Notes under the pieces: model-generated
The model's database searches: none
What the model was told of the DNA's origin: nothing
The model's input: the letters and a program-made list of their open reading frames with translations, nothing else
Virus record (IMG/VR): IMGVR_UViG_2734482773_000004
Source of the DNA: a virus
Taxonomy: Duplodnaviria; Heunggongvirae; Uroviricota; Caudoviricetes
Length of the DNA: 35,714 bases
Direction: 5' to 3' (one strand)
In this document: positions 27,478 through 35,714 of the stretch, piece after piece
Layout of the letters: every line of letters begins with the position of its first letter
How positions within the stretch are numbered: the first letter of the stretch is position 1
Program-made: the position numbers and the translations under genes

Positions 27478-28668
27478 ATGAGTGACTATCATCACGGCGT
27501 GCAGGTGCTGGAGATTAACGACGGCACCCGCGTCATTTCCACCGTATCCACCGCCATTGTTGGCATGGTCTGCACGGCCAGCGATGCGGATGCGGAAATC
27601 TTCCCCCTCAATAAACCGGTGCTGATTACCAATGTGCAGAGCGCAATTGCAAAGGCCGGTAAAAAAGGCACGCTGACGGCGTCGTTGCAGGCCATCGCTG
27701 ACCAGTCAAAACCGGTCACCGTTGTTGTGCGCGTGGAAGACGGCACCGGCGACGACGAAGAAACGAAACTTGCGCAGACCGTTTCCAATATCATCGGCAC
27801 CACCGACGAAAACGGTCAGTACACCGGACTGAAAGCCCTGCTGGCGGCGGAGTCGGTAACCGGTGTTAAACCGCGTATTCTCGGCGTGCCGGGACTGGAC
27901 ACCAAAGAGGTGGCTGTTGCACTGGCATCAGTCTGTCAGAAGCTGCGCGCTTTCGGATATATCAGCGCATGGGGCTGTAAGACCATTTCCGAGGTGAAAG
28001 CCTACCGCCAGAATTTCAGCCAGCGTGAGCTGATGGTCATCTGGCCGGATTTCCTCGCATGGGATACGGTCACCAGTACCACCGCCACCGCGTATGCCAC
28101 CGCCCGTGCGCTGGGTCTGCGCGCTAAAATCGACCAGGAGCAGGGCTGGCATAAAACGCTGTCCAATGTCGGGGTGAACGGTGTTACCGGCATCAGCGCA
28201 TCCGTCTTCTGGGATTTGCAGGAGTCCGGCACCGATGCTGACCTGCTTAACGAGTCAGGCGTCACTACGCTGATTCGCCGCGACGGTTTCCGCTTCTGGG
28301 GTAACCGTACCTGCTCCGATGACCCGCTGTTCCTCTTTGAAAACTACACCCGCACCGCGCAGGTGCTGGCCGACACGATGGCTGAGGCGCACATGTGGGC
28401 GGTGGACAAGCCCATCACCGCAACGCTGATTCGCGACATCGTTGACGGCATCAATGCCAAATTTCGTGAGCTGAAAACAAACGGCTATATCGTGGATGCG
28501 ACCTGCTGGTTCAGCGAAGAATCCAACGATGCGGAAACCCTCAAGGCCGGAAAACTGTATATCGACTACGACTATACCCCGGTGCCTCCTCTCGAAAACC
28601 TGACCCTGCGCCAGCGTATTACCGATAAATACCTGGCAAATCTGGTCACTTCGGTTAACAGCAATTAA
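27478..28668 (+). CDS. FI: Tail sheath protein FI, 396 aa
   Basis: Position and length as P2 FI. Confidence 0.92.
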   Translation: MSDYHHGVQVLEINDGTRVISTVSTAIVGMVCTASDADAEIFPLNKPVLITNVQSAIAKAGKKGTLTASLQAIADQSKPVTVVVRVEDGTGDDEETKLAQTVSNIIGTTDENGQYTGLKALLAAESVTGVKPRILGVPGLDTKEVAVALASVCQKLRAFGYISAWGCKTISEVKAYRQNFSQRELMVIWPDFLAWDTVTSTTATAYATARALGLRAKIDQEQGWHKTLSNVGVNGVTGISASVFWDLQESGTDADLLNESGVTTLIRRDGFRFWGNRTCSDDPLFLFENYTRTAQVLADTMAEAHMWAVDKPITATLIRDIVDGINAKFRELKTNGYIVDATCWFSEESNDAETLKAGKLYIDYDYTPVPPLENLTLRQRITDKYLANLVTSVNSN

Positions 28669-28680
28669 GGAGCCTGACCG

Positions 28681-29199
28681 ATGGCAATGCCGCGCAAACT
28701 CAAGTTAATGAACGTCTTTCTGAACGGCTACAGCTATCAGGGCGTTGCAAAGTCCGTCACGCTGCCAAAACTGACCCGTAAGCTCGAAAACTATCGCGGT
28801 GCGGGGATGAACGGCAGCGCACCGGTAGACCTCGGCCTTGATGACGATGCGCTGTCAATGGAGTGGTCGCTCGGGGGCTTCCCGGATTCGGTTATCTGGG
28901 AGCTTTACGCCGCAACCGGTGTGGATGCCGTACCGATTCGTTTTGCAGGCTCTTACCAGCGCGACGATACCGGCGAAACGGTGGCCGTCGAGGTGGTCAT
29001 GCGTGGACGTCAGAAAGAAATCGACACCGGCGAGGGTAAACAGGGAGAAGACACCGAGTCGAAAATCTCCGTGGTCTGCACCTATTTCCGGCTGACGATG
29101 GACGGTAAGGAGCTGGTCGAAATCGACACCATCAACATGATTGAGAAGGTGAACGGCGTCGACCGGCTGGAGCAACACCGCCGCAATATCGGCCTGTGA
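28681..29199 (+). CDS. FII: Tail tube protein FII, 172 aa
   Basis: Position and length as P2 FII. Confidence 0.92.
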   Translation: MAMPRKLKLMNVFLNGYSYQGVAKSVTLPKLTRKLENYRGAGMNGSAPVDLGLDDDALSMEWSLGGFPDSVIWELYAATGVDAVPIRFAGSYQRDDTGETVAVEVVMRGRQKEIDTGEGKQGEDTESKISVVCTYFRLTMDGKELVEIDTINMIEKVNGVDRLEQHRRNIGL

Positions 29200-29255
29200 T
29201 TTTCATACGGTCAGCCAGGCTGACCGGTTAACCCTGATTCAGAAGTGAGAAAACC

Positions 29256-29531
29256 ATGAACAAAGAAAATGTCATTACCCTGGAAAATCCGGTCAAACGT
29301 GGTGAGCAGGTTATCGAACAGGTCACGCTGATGAAACCCAGTGCCGGGACGCTGCGCGGTGTCAGTCTGGCTGCGGTCGCAAACTCCGAAGTCGATGCAC
29401 TGATTAAAGTGCTGCCGCGCATGACGGCACCGATGCTGACCGAGCAGGAAGTCGCCGCGCTGGAACTGCCTGACCTTGTGGCGCTGGCCGGTAAGGTGGT
29501 CGGTTTTTTGTCGCCGAACTCGGTGCAGTAA
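29256..29531 (+). CDS. E: Tail assembly chaperone E, 91 aa
   Basis: Position upstream of the tape measure gene; length as P2 E; contains slippery heptamer near its 3' end. Confidence 0.88.
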   Translation: MNKENVITLENPVKRGEQVIEQVTLMKPSAGTLRGVSLAAVANSEVDALIKVLPRMTAPMLTEQEVAALELPDLVALAGKVVGFLSPNSVQ

Positions 29532-29683
29532 CGTTTCCGAAAAATCTCTCGGTCGATGACCTGATGGCGGATGTGGCAGTGATATTTCACTGGCCGCCAT
29601 CAGAACTGTATCCCATGAGCCTGACCGAACTCATCACATGGCGCGAAAAGGCGCTCCGGCGAAGCGGAAACACGAATGAGTAA
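29256..29683 (+). CDS. E+E': E+E' tail assembly chaperone produced by programmed -1 frameshift, about 142 aa
   Basis: Slippery site T_TTT_TTG at 29504..29510 in the E frame; the -1 frame stays open to TAA at 29681..29683, overlapping the start of T. Confidence 0.8.
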
Positions 29684-32123
29684 CAATGTAAAATTACAGG
29701 TATTGCTCAGGGCTGTTGACCAGGCATCCCGCCCGTTTAAATCCATCCGCACAGCGAGCAAATCGCTGTCGGGGGATATCCGGGAAACACAAAAATCACT
29801 GCGCGAGTTGAACGGTCAGGCATCCCGTATTGAGGGATTTCGCAAGACCAGTGCACAGCTCGCCGTGACTGGTCATGCACTTGAAAAGGCACGGCAGGAG
29901 GCCGAAGCCCTTGCCACACAGTTTAAAAACACCGAACGTCCGACACGTGCTCAGGCGAAAGTGCTGGAATCCGCGAAGCGTGCGGCGGAGGACTTACAGG
30001 CGAAATATAACCGCCTGACGGATTCCGTTAAACGCCAGCAGCGGGAACTGGCCGTTGTGGGAATTAATACCCGCAATCTTGCACATGATGAGCAGGGACT
30101 GAAAAACCGTATCAGTGAAACCACCGCACAGCTTAACCGTCAGCGTGACGCGCTGGCGCGTGTCAGTGCGCAACAGGCAAAACTTAACGCAGTAAAACAG
30201 CGTTATCAGGCAGGCAAGGAACTGGCCGGAAATATGGCCTCAGTGGGCGCTGCCGGTGTGGGGATTGCTGCTGCGGGAACGATGGCCGGAGTTAAGCTGC
30301 TGATGCCCGGTTATGAGTTTGCGCAGAAAAACTCAGAATTGCAGGCCGTGCTCGGAGTGGCAAAAGACTCCGCCGAAATGGCCGCGCTACGCAAACAGGC
30401 GCGCCAGCTCGGCGACAATACCGCCGCCTCGGCGGATGATGCGGCCGGTGCGCAGATTATCATTGCGAAAGCGGGTGGAGATGCTGCGGCTATTCAGGCG
30501 GCAACGCCGGTCACGCTGAATATGGCACTGGCGAATCAGCGGTCGATGGAAGAAAACGCGCAACTGTTGCTGGGGACTAAGGCATCCTTTCAACTGTCAA
30601 ATGATGATGTCAGCCATGTGGGCGACGTGTTGTCGGCAACGATGAATAAGTCGGCGGCTGATTTTCAGGGGCTCAGTGATGCACTGACTTACCTCGGGCC
30701 GGTTGCGAGGACGGCAGGTGTAAGTCTTGAGCAGGCAGCGGCCATGACAGGTGTGCTGCATGACAATAACATCAGGGGGTCAATGGCGGGTACGGGTGGC
30801 AGTGCCGTTGTCACCCGATTACAGGCACCGACTGGAAAAGCATGGGATGCACTCAAAGAGCTTGGCGTTAAAACCTCGGACAAAAAGGGAAATATGCGTC
30901 CGTTGTTCACCATTCTGAAAGAGATTCAGACCAGCTTTGATAAACACAAGCTGGGAACGTCTCAGAAGGGGGAATACCTTAAAACCATTTTTGGTGAGGA
31001 AGCCCTGAAATCAGCGAACGTTTTACTGGCAGCGGCAGCAAGCGGAAAACTGGATACGCTGACCGCCACGCTGAAAGCCTCGGACGGTAAAACGGAAGAG
31101 CTGGTTAAAATCATGCAGGATAACCTCGGCGGTGACTTTAAGGAGTTTCAGTCCGCTTATGAGGCGGTGGGGACTGACCTGTTTGACCAGCAGGAAGGCG
31201 CACTGCGTAAGCTCACACAGACGGCCACAAAGTATGTGTTAAAACTCGACGGCTGGATCCAGAAAAACAAATCACTGGCGTCAACCATCGGCCTCATTGT
31301 CGGTAGCGCGCTGGCGCTTACTGGCATCATCGGTGCAATTGGTCTTGTAGCCTGGCCGGTTATCACCGGCATCAATGCCATCATCGCGGTAGCAGGCGCA
31401 ATGGGGGCAATCTTCACGACGGTTGGCAGTGCTGTTATGACGGCCATCGGGGCGATTAGCTGGCCGGTTGTGGCCGTGGTGGCCGCCATTGTCGCCGGGG
31501 CGTTGCTTATCCGTAAATACTGGGAGCCTGTCAGCGCATTCTTTGGCGGTGTGGTGGAAGGGCTGAAAGCGGCATTTGCGCCGGTGGGGGAACTGTTCAC
31601 GCCACTTAAGCCGGTGTTTGACTGGCTGGGTGAAAAGTTACAGGCCGCGTGGCAGTGGTTTAAAAACCTGATTGCCCCGGTTAAAGCCACCCAGGACACC
31701 CTGAACCGTTGCCGTGACACGGGCGTCATGTTCGGGCAGGCACTGGCTGACGCGCTGATGCTGCCGCTTAATGCGTTCAACAAACTGCGCAGCGGTATTG
31801 ACTGGGTACTGGAAAAACTCGGTGTTATCAACAAAGAGTCAGACACACTTGACCAGACCGCCGCAAGGACTCATGCCGCCACGTATGGCACCGGTGGTTA
31901 TATTCCGGCGACCAGCTCTTATGCAGGCTATCAGGCTTATCAGCCGGTCACGGCACCGGCTGGTCGCTCTTATGTGGACCAGAGTAAAAACGAATATCAC
32001 ATCAACCTGACGGGCGGTACTGCGCCGGGGACACAGCTTGACCGCCAGTTACAGGATGCGCTCGAAAAATACGAGCGGGATAAACGTGCGCGCGCCCGTG
32101 CCAGCATGATGCATGACGGTTAA
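29676..32123 (+). CDS. T: Tail tape measure protein T, 815 aa
   Basis: Long Ala/Gly-rich protein with coiled-coil N-terminus and hydrophobic central segment; position and length as P2 T. Confidence 0.92.
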   Translation: MSNNVKLQVLLRAVDQASRPFKSIRTASKSLSGDIRETQKSLRELNGQASRIEGFRKTSAQLAVTGHALEKARQEAEALATQFKNTERPTRAQAKVLESAKRAAEDLQAKYNRLTDSVKRQQRELAVVGINTRNLAHDEQGLKNRISETTAQLNRQRDALARVSAQQAKLNAVKQRYQAGKELAGNMASVGAAGVGIAAAGTMAGVKLLMPGYEFAQKNSELQAVLGVAKDSAEMAALRKQARQLGDNTAASADDAAGAQIIIAKAGGDAAAIQAATPVTLNMALANQRSMEENAQLLLGTKASFQLSNDDVSHVGDVLSATMNKSAADFQGLSDALTYLGPVARTAGVSLEQAAAMTGVLHDNNIRGSMAGTGGSAVVTRLQAPTGKAWDALKELGVKTSDKKGNMRPLFTILKEIQTSFDKHKLGTSQKGEYLKTIFGEEALKSANVLLAAAASGKLDTLTATLKASDGKTEELVKIMQDNLGGDFKEFQSAYEAVGTDLFDQQEGALRKLTQTATKYVLKLDGWIQKNKSLASTIGLIVGSALALTGIIGAIGLVAWPVITGINAIIAVAGAMGAIFTTVGSAVMTAIGAISWPVVAVVAAIVAGALLIRKYWEPVSAFFGGVVEGLKAAFAPVGELFTPLKPVFDWLGEKLQAAWQWFKNLIAPVKATQDTLNRCRDTGVMFGQALADALMLPLNAFNKLRSGIDWVLEKLGVINKESDTLDQTAARTHAATYGTGGYIPATSSYAGYQAYQPVTAPAGRSYVDQSKNEYHINLTGGTAPGTQLDRQLQDALEKYERDKRARARASMMHDG

Positions 32124-32137
32124 GGAGGTGACGAAAA

Positions 32138-32617
32138 ATGATGCTCGCGTTAGGTATGTTTGTTTTTATGCGCCAGACGTTGCCACACCAGACCATGCAG
32201 CGTGAATCAGATTATCGCTGGCCGTCAAATTCCCGTATCGGTAAACGGGATGCCTTTCAGTATCTCGGTGTGGGTGAGGAAAACATTACGCTTGCCGGCG
32301 TGCTTTATCCCGAACTGACCGGCGGCAAGCTGACGATGACCACGCTCAGGCTGATGGCAGAGGAAGGCCGGGCGTGGCCGTTGCTGGATGGCACCGGCAT
32401 GATTTACGGCATGTATGTCATCAGCAGGGTGAGTGAAACAGGGAGTATTTTCTTTGCAGACGGCACACCCCGAAAAATTGATTTTACGCTGTCACTCACC
32501 CGCGTTGATGAATCACTGGCCGCGCTTTATGGCGATATCGGTAAACAGGCGGAATCGCTCATCGGTAAAGCTGGCAGTATGGCGACCAGATTCACGGGTA
32601 TGACGGGGGCGGTATAA
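32138..32617 (+). CDS. U: Tail protein U, 159 aa
   Basis: Position and length as P2 U. Confidence 0.9.
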   Translation: MMLALGMFVFMRQTLPHQTMQRESDYRWPSNSRIGKRDAFQYLGVGEENITLAGVLYPELTGGKLTMTTLRLMAEEGRAWPLLDGTGMIYGMYVISRVSETGSIFFADGTPRKIDFTLSLTRVDESLAALYGDIGKQAESLIGKAGSMATRFTGMTGAV

Positions 32618-33780
32618 TGCTGGATGCACTGACATTTGATGCAGGCAGTACGCTGACGCCGGATTACATGCTGATGCTCGACAGCAGGGATATTACCGGC
32701 AATATCAGCGACCGTCTGATGAGTATGACCCTGACGGATAGCCGGGGCTTTGAGGCTGACCAGCTTGATATTGAACTGAACGATGCCGACGGGCAGGTCG
32801 GGCTGCCGGTTCGTGGTGCTGTTCTGACGGTGTATATCGGCTGGAAAGGTTTTGCCCTGGTATGCAAAGGGAAATTTACCGTTGATGAGGTTGAACACCG
32901 GGGCGCGCCGGATGTGGTCACCATCCGCGCCCGGAGTGCAGATTTCCGCGGGACGCTCAATTCCCGCCGTGAAGGCTCCTGGCATGACACCACGCTCGGT
33001 GCGATTGTTGAGGCGATAGCCTCCCGTAACAGACTGGAAGCCAGTGTCGCTCCGTCACTGGCCGGAATTAAAATCCCGCACATCGACCAGTCGCAGGAGT
33101 CTGATGCGAAATTCCTGACCCGTCTTGCAGAACGCAACGGCGGTGAGGTCTCGGTAAAAATGGGAAAACTGTTGTTTCTCAAAGCGGGGCGGGGGGTGAC
33201 GGCCAGTGGTAAAAAAATCCCGCAGATTACCATCACCCGCAGCGACGGCGACCGTCATCATTTTGCGATTGCTGACCGTGGAGCTTACACCGGCGTAACG
33301 GCAAAGTGGTTACACACCAAAGACCCGAAGCCGCAAAAGCAGAAGGTAAAACTGAAACGCAAAAAGAAAGAGAAACACCTGCGCGCACTGGAGCACCCGA
33401 AAGCGAAACCAGTCACGCAGAAGAAAGCTCCTAAAGTACCGGAAGCGCGCGAAGGTGAATACATGGCCGGTGAGGCTGATAACGTTTTTGCCCTGACCAC
33501 GGTATATGCCACGAAAGCGCAGGCCATGCGCGCCGCTCAGGCGAAGTGGGATAAACTGCAACGGGGCGTTGCGGAGTTCTCCATCAGCCTGGCTACCGGT
33601 CGGGCAGATATTTACACGGAAACACCGGTTAAAGTGTCAGGCTTTAAGCGCGTCATAGACGAGCAGGACTGGACAATCACTAAGGTGACACATTTTCTGA
33701 ATAATAGCGGCTTCACGACGTCCCTGGAGCTTGAGGTCAGGCTTTCTGATGTGGAGTACGAAACAGAAGATAATGAGTGA
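32617..33780 (+). CDS. D: Tail protein D (late control region), 387 aa
   Basis: Position and length as P2 D; start overlaps U stop. Confidence 0.9.
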   Translation: MLDALTFDAGSTLTPDYMLMLDSRDITGNISDRLMSMTLTDSRGFEADQLDIELNDADGQVGLPVRGAVLTVYIGWKGFALVCKGKFTVDEVEHRGAPDVVTIRARSADFRGTLNSRREGSWHDTTLGAIVEAIASRNRLEASVAPSLAGIKIPHIDQSQESDAKFLTRLAERNGGEVSVKMGKLLFLKAGRGVTASGKKIPQITITRSDGDRHHFAIADRGAYTGVTAKWLHTKDPKPQKQKVKLKRKKKEKHLRALEHPKAKPVTQKKAPKVPEAREGEYMAGEADNVFALTTVYATKAQAMRAAQAKWDKLQRGVAEFSISLATGRADIYTETPVKVSGFKRVIDEQDWTITKVTHFLNNSGFTTSLELEVRLSDVEYETEDNE

Positions 33781-33861
33781 TGTTTTTATTTTATCTGTTT
33801 GTTTTATAAGGATAAATTAACTAAAATGGCACCATCAACAAAACCGGAAGAGGTGCTCGCG

Positions 33862-34080
33862 ATGTTTCATTGTCCTTTATGCCAGCATGCCGCACATGCG
33901 CGTACAAGCCGCTATATCACTGACACGACAAAAGAGCGTTATCATCAGTGCCAGAACGTGAATTGCAGTGCCACGTTCATCACTTATGAGTCGGTACAGC
34001 GATACATCGTGAAGCCGGGAGAAGTCCATGCCGTAAGGCCGCACCCGTTGCCGTCAGGGCAGCAAATTATGTGGATGTAA
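33862..34080 (+). CDS. ogr: Ogr late-gene transcription activator (zinc finger), 72 aa from ATG 33862
   Basis: CPLC...CQNVNC zinc-binding motif; internal start MFHCPLCQ gives the 72-aa P2 Ogr length; last phage gene before attR. Confidence 0.92.
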   Translation: MFHCPLCQHAAHARTSRYITDTTKERYHQCQNVNCSATFITYESVQRYIVKPGEVHAVRPHPLPSGQQIMWM

Positions 34081-34093
34081 TTACAAACAGGAA

Positions 34094-34117
34094 GCCCCTC
34101 AGTCGAGGGGCTTTTTT
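34094..34117 (+). terminator. Rho-independent terminator after ogr
   Basis: gcccctc-agtc-gaggggc hairpin followed by tttttt. Confidence 0.8.
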
Positions 34118-34122
34118 GTCGA

Positions 34123-34143
34123 TGTGGTCAATGTGTGGACGTG
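34123..34143. promoter_or_regulatory. Putative Int arm-type sites in the ogr-side arm (tgtggtcaat / tgtggacgtg)
   Basis: Two TGTGG(A/T)C repeats with 11-bp period, same family as 592..612. Confidence 0.4.
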
Positions 34144-34180
34144 ACCAGAAATAAATCCTTTTATTTCAATTTGTTGTACG

Positions 34181-34208
34181 TAAAAAATAAGCCCGTGTAA
34201 GGGAGATT
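34181..34208. repeat. attR: attR core, 28-bp direct repeat
   Basis: Identical to 476..503; overlaps the 3' terminator of the CyaR sRNA. Confidence 0.85.
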
Positions 34209-34268
34209 ACACAGGCTAAGGAGGTGGTTCCTGGTACAGCTAGCATTTTATGGGTTATGTTTTTCAGC
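34182..34268 (-). ncRNA. cyaR: CyaR (RyeE) CRP-dependent Hfq-binding sRNA, about 87 nt
   Basis: Minus-strand sequence gctgaaaaacauaacccauaaaaugcuagcuguaccaggaaccaccuccuuagccuguguaaucucccuuacacgggcuuauuuuuu matches my recollection of CyaR; terminator stem formed by gccuguguaa and uuacacgggc plus U-run; lies between yegQ and the prophage as in K-12. Confidence 0.75.
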
Positions 34269-34289
34269 GAAACGGATGATAACCTTAAT

Positions 34290-34325
34290 AAATACAGCTG
34301 TATGTGATCGGTTTCTAAGAATTTT
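34290..34325 (-). promoter_or_regulatory. Putative cyaR promoter with CRP half-site
   Basis: Minus-strand tcttagaaaccgatcacata contains a TCACA half-site about 40 nt upstream of the inferred CyaR 5' end; a TATCAT -10-like hexamer lies nearer the start. Confidence 0.35.
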
Positions 34326-34352
34326 CCATCCGGGAAAAATAATCGAAATTAA

Positions 34353-35714
34353 TCACTTACCGTGGGGATTACGCGTGGTTTCCCCGGAGAAATTACGCAT
34401 CAGCAGCGCGTAATTGAGCTCAAGATCCTGCGGGACCGGGAGCCACACAGTATAACCATCGCCTGGTGCTATCGGCATAGCTTCGCCTTTGGCGTTTTCC
34501 ATGTGCTCAAGGGTAAAATTAATGTTGCCTTGCGGCGTCATCAGCTCAAGGCTGTCGCCAACGGAGAATTTATTTTTCACCGCTACCGCCGCGAGGTCCC
34601 CCTTGCGCTCACCGGTAAACTCACCAACAAACTGCTGGCGGTCAGAAACTGAATAACCGTATTCGTAGTTCTGATAATCGTCGTGAGTATGACGACGCAG
34701 GAAACCTTCGGTATAGCCACGATGCGCCAGACCTTCCAGAGTTTCCAGCAGGCTGGTATCGAACGGTTTTCCCGCAGCGGCGTCATCGATAGCTTTGCGG
34801 TAAACCTGTGCGGTGCGTGCACAATAGTAGAAAGATTTGGTACGACCTTCGATTTTCAGCGAATGCACGCCCATTTTGGTCAGGCGTTCTACATGGGCGA
34901 TGGCGCGCAGATCTTTCGAGTTCATGATGTAAGTGCCGTGCTCATCTTCAAACGCGGTCATATACTCGCCCGGACGCTGGGCCTCTTCGATCATAAACAC
35001 TTTGTCGGTTGGTGCGCCGATACCCAGCGTCGGCTCAACATTTTGCACCGGAATCGGCTCGTACTTGTGTACGATGTTGCCAACATCATCTTCTTTCCCT
35101 TCCTGGACGTTGTACTCCCAGCGGCAGGCGTTGGTGCAGGTGCCCTGGTTCGGGTCGCGCTTGTTGATATAGCCAGAGAGCAGGCAGCGACCGGAGTAGG
35201 CCATGCACAGCGCGCCGTGAACGAAGATCTCGATCTCCATATCCGGCACCTGATTGCGGATCTCTTCAATCTCTTCCAGCGACAGCTCGCGAGAGAGGAT
35301 CACGCGGGTCAGGCCCATTTGCTGCCAGAATTTCACCGTCGCCCAGTTCACGGCGTTAGCCTGCACCGAAAGGTGGATCGGCATTTCAGGGAAGTGCTCA
35401 CGCACCAGCATAATCAGCCCTGGATCGGACATAATCAGCGCATCCGGCCCCATTTCCACCACCGGTTTCAGGTCACGGATAAAGGTTTTCAGCTTGGCGT
35501 TGTGCGGTGCAATGTTGACCACGACATAAAACTTTTTCCCCAGCGCGTGGGCTTCATTGATGCCGAGCTGAAGATTTTCGTGGTTGAATTCGTTGTTGCG
35601 CACACGCAGGGAATAACGCGGCTGGCCCGCATAAACAGCATCTGCGCCATAAGCGAAAGCGTAACGCATATTTTTCAGCGTTCCCGCCGGGGAAAGGAGT
35701 TCCGGTTTAAACAT
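34353..35714 (-). CDS. yegQ: Peptidase U32-family protein YegQ (tRNA hydroxylation protein TrhP), 453 aa
   Basis: Full-length ORF on the minus strand beyond attR; N-terminus MFKPELLSPAGTLKNMRYAFAYGADAVYAGQPRYSLRVRN matches recalled E. coli YegQ; host-like GC content. Confidence 0.85.
   Translation of the reverse strand: MFKPELLSPAGTLKNMRYAFAYGADAVYAGQPRYSLRVRNNEFNHENLQLGINEAHALGKKFYVVVNIAPHNAKLKTFIRDLKPVVEMGPDALIMSDPGLIMLVREHFPEMPIHLSVQANAVNWATVKFWQQMGLTRVILSRELSLEEIEEIRNQVPDMEIEIFVHGALCMAYSGRCLLSGYINKRDPNQGTCTNACRWEYNVQEGKEDDVGNIVHKYEPIPVQNVEPTLGIGAPTDKVFMIEEAQRPGEYMTAFEDEHGTYIMNSKDLRAIAHVERLTKMGVHSLKIEGRTKSFYYCARTAQVYRKAIDDAAAGKPFDTSLLETLEGLAHRGYTEGFLRRHTHDDYQNYEYGYSVSDRQQFVGEFTGERKGDLAAVAVKNKFSVGDSLELMTPQGNINFTLEHMENAKGEAMPIAPGDGYTVWLPVPQDLELNYALLMRNFSGETTRNPHGK

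Larger units (their letters stand above)
476..34208. mobile_element. Complete P2-like prophage (Peduovirus-type myovirus), about 33.7 kb
   Basis: Bounded by identical 28-bp direct repeats; full P2-type gene order from int to ogr; cos sequence present internally. Confidence 0.92.

Overview
The window is almost entirely one complete P2-like (Peduovirus) prophage of about 33.7 kb, bounded by identical 28-bp direct repeats (476..503 and 34181..34208) and integrated at the 3' end of the CyaR sRNA gene next to yegQ. The left flank carries a small lipoprotein gene (yegR-like). Gene order and protein lengths match the P2 map as I recall it: int, C, cox, B, A, then cos, Q, P, O, N, M, L, X, Y, K, lysA, lysB, lysC, R, S, V, W, J, I, H, G, FI, FII, E/E+E', T, U, D, ogr. 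All product calls rest on that recalled synteny plus motifs read by eye; no search was run. Three visibly AT-rich cargo islands sit at the three classical P2 variable loci, and these are the candidates for a novel system: (1) between A and cos, a 738-aa Rad50/RloC-like ABC ATPase with a CxxC zinc-hook-like motif and a possible anticodon-nuclease-like C-terminus; (2) between S and V, a 251-aa HNH-motif protein translationally coupled to a mosaic S gene; (3) between G and FI, two minus-strand membrane proteins of unknown function. Also noted: four perfect-period 132-bp tandem repeats inside tail-fibre gene H, a -1 frameshift site for E+E', the embedded lysC spanin gene, a P2-type cos sequence, and a probable relic of an older P2-like phage arm in the left host flank.
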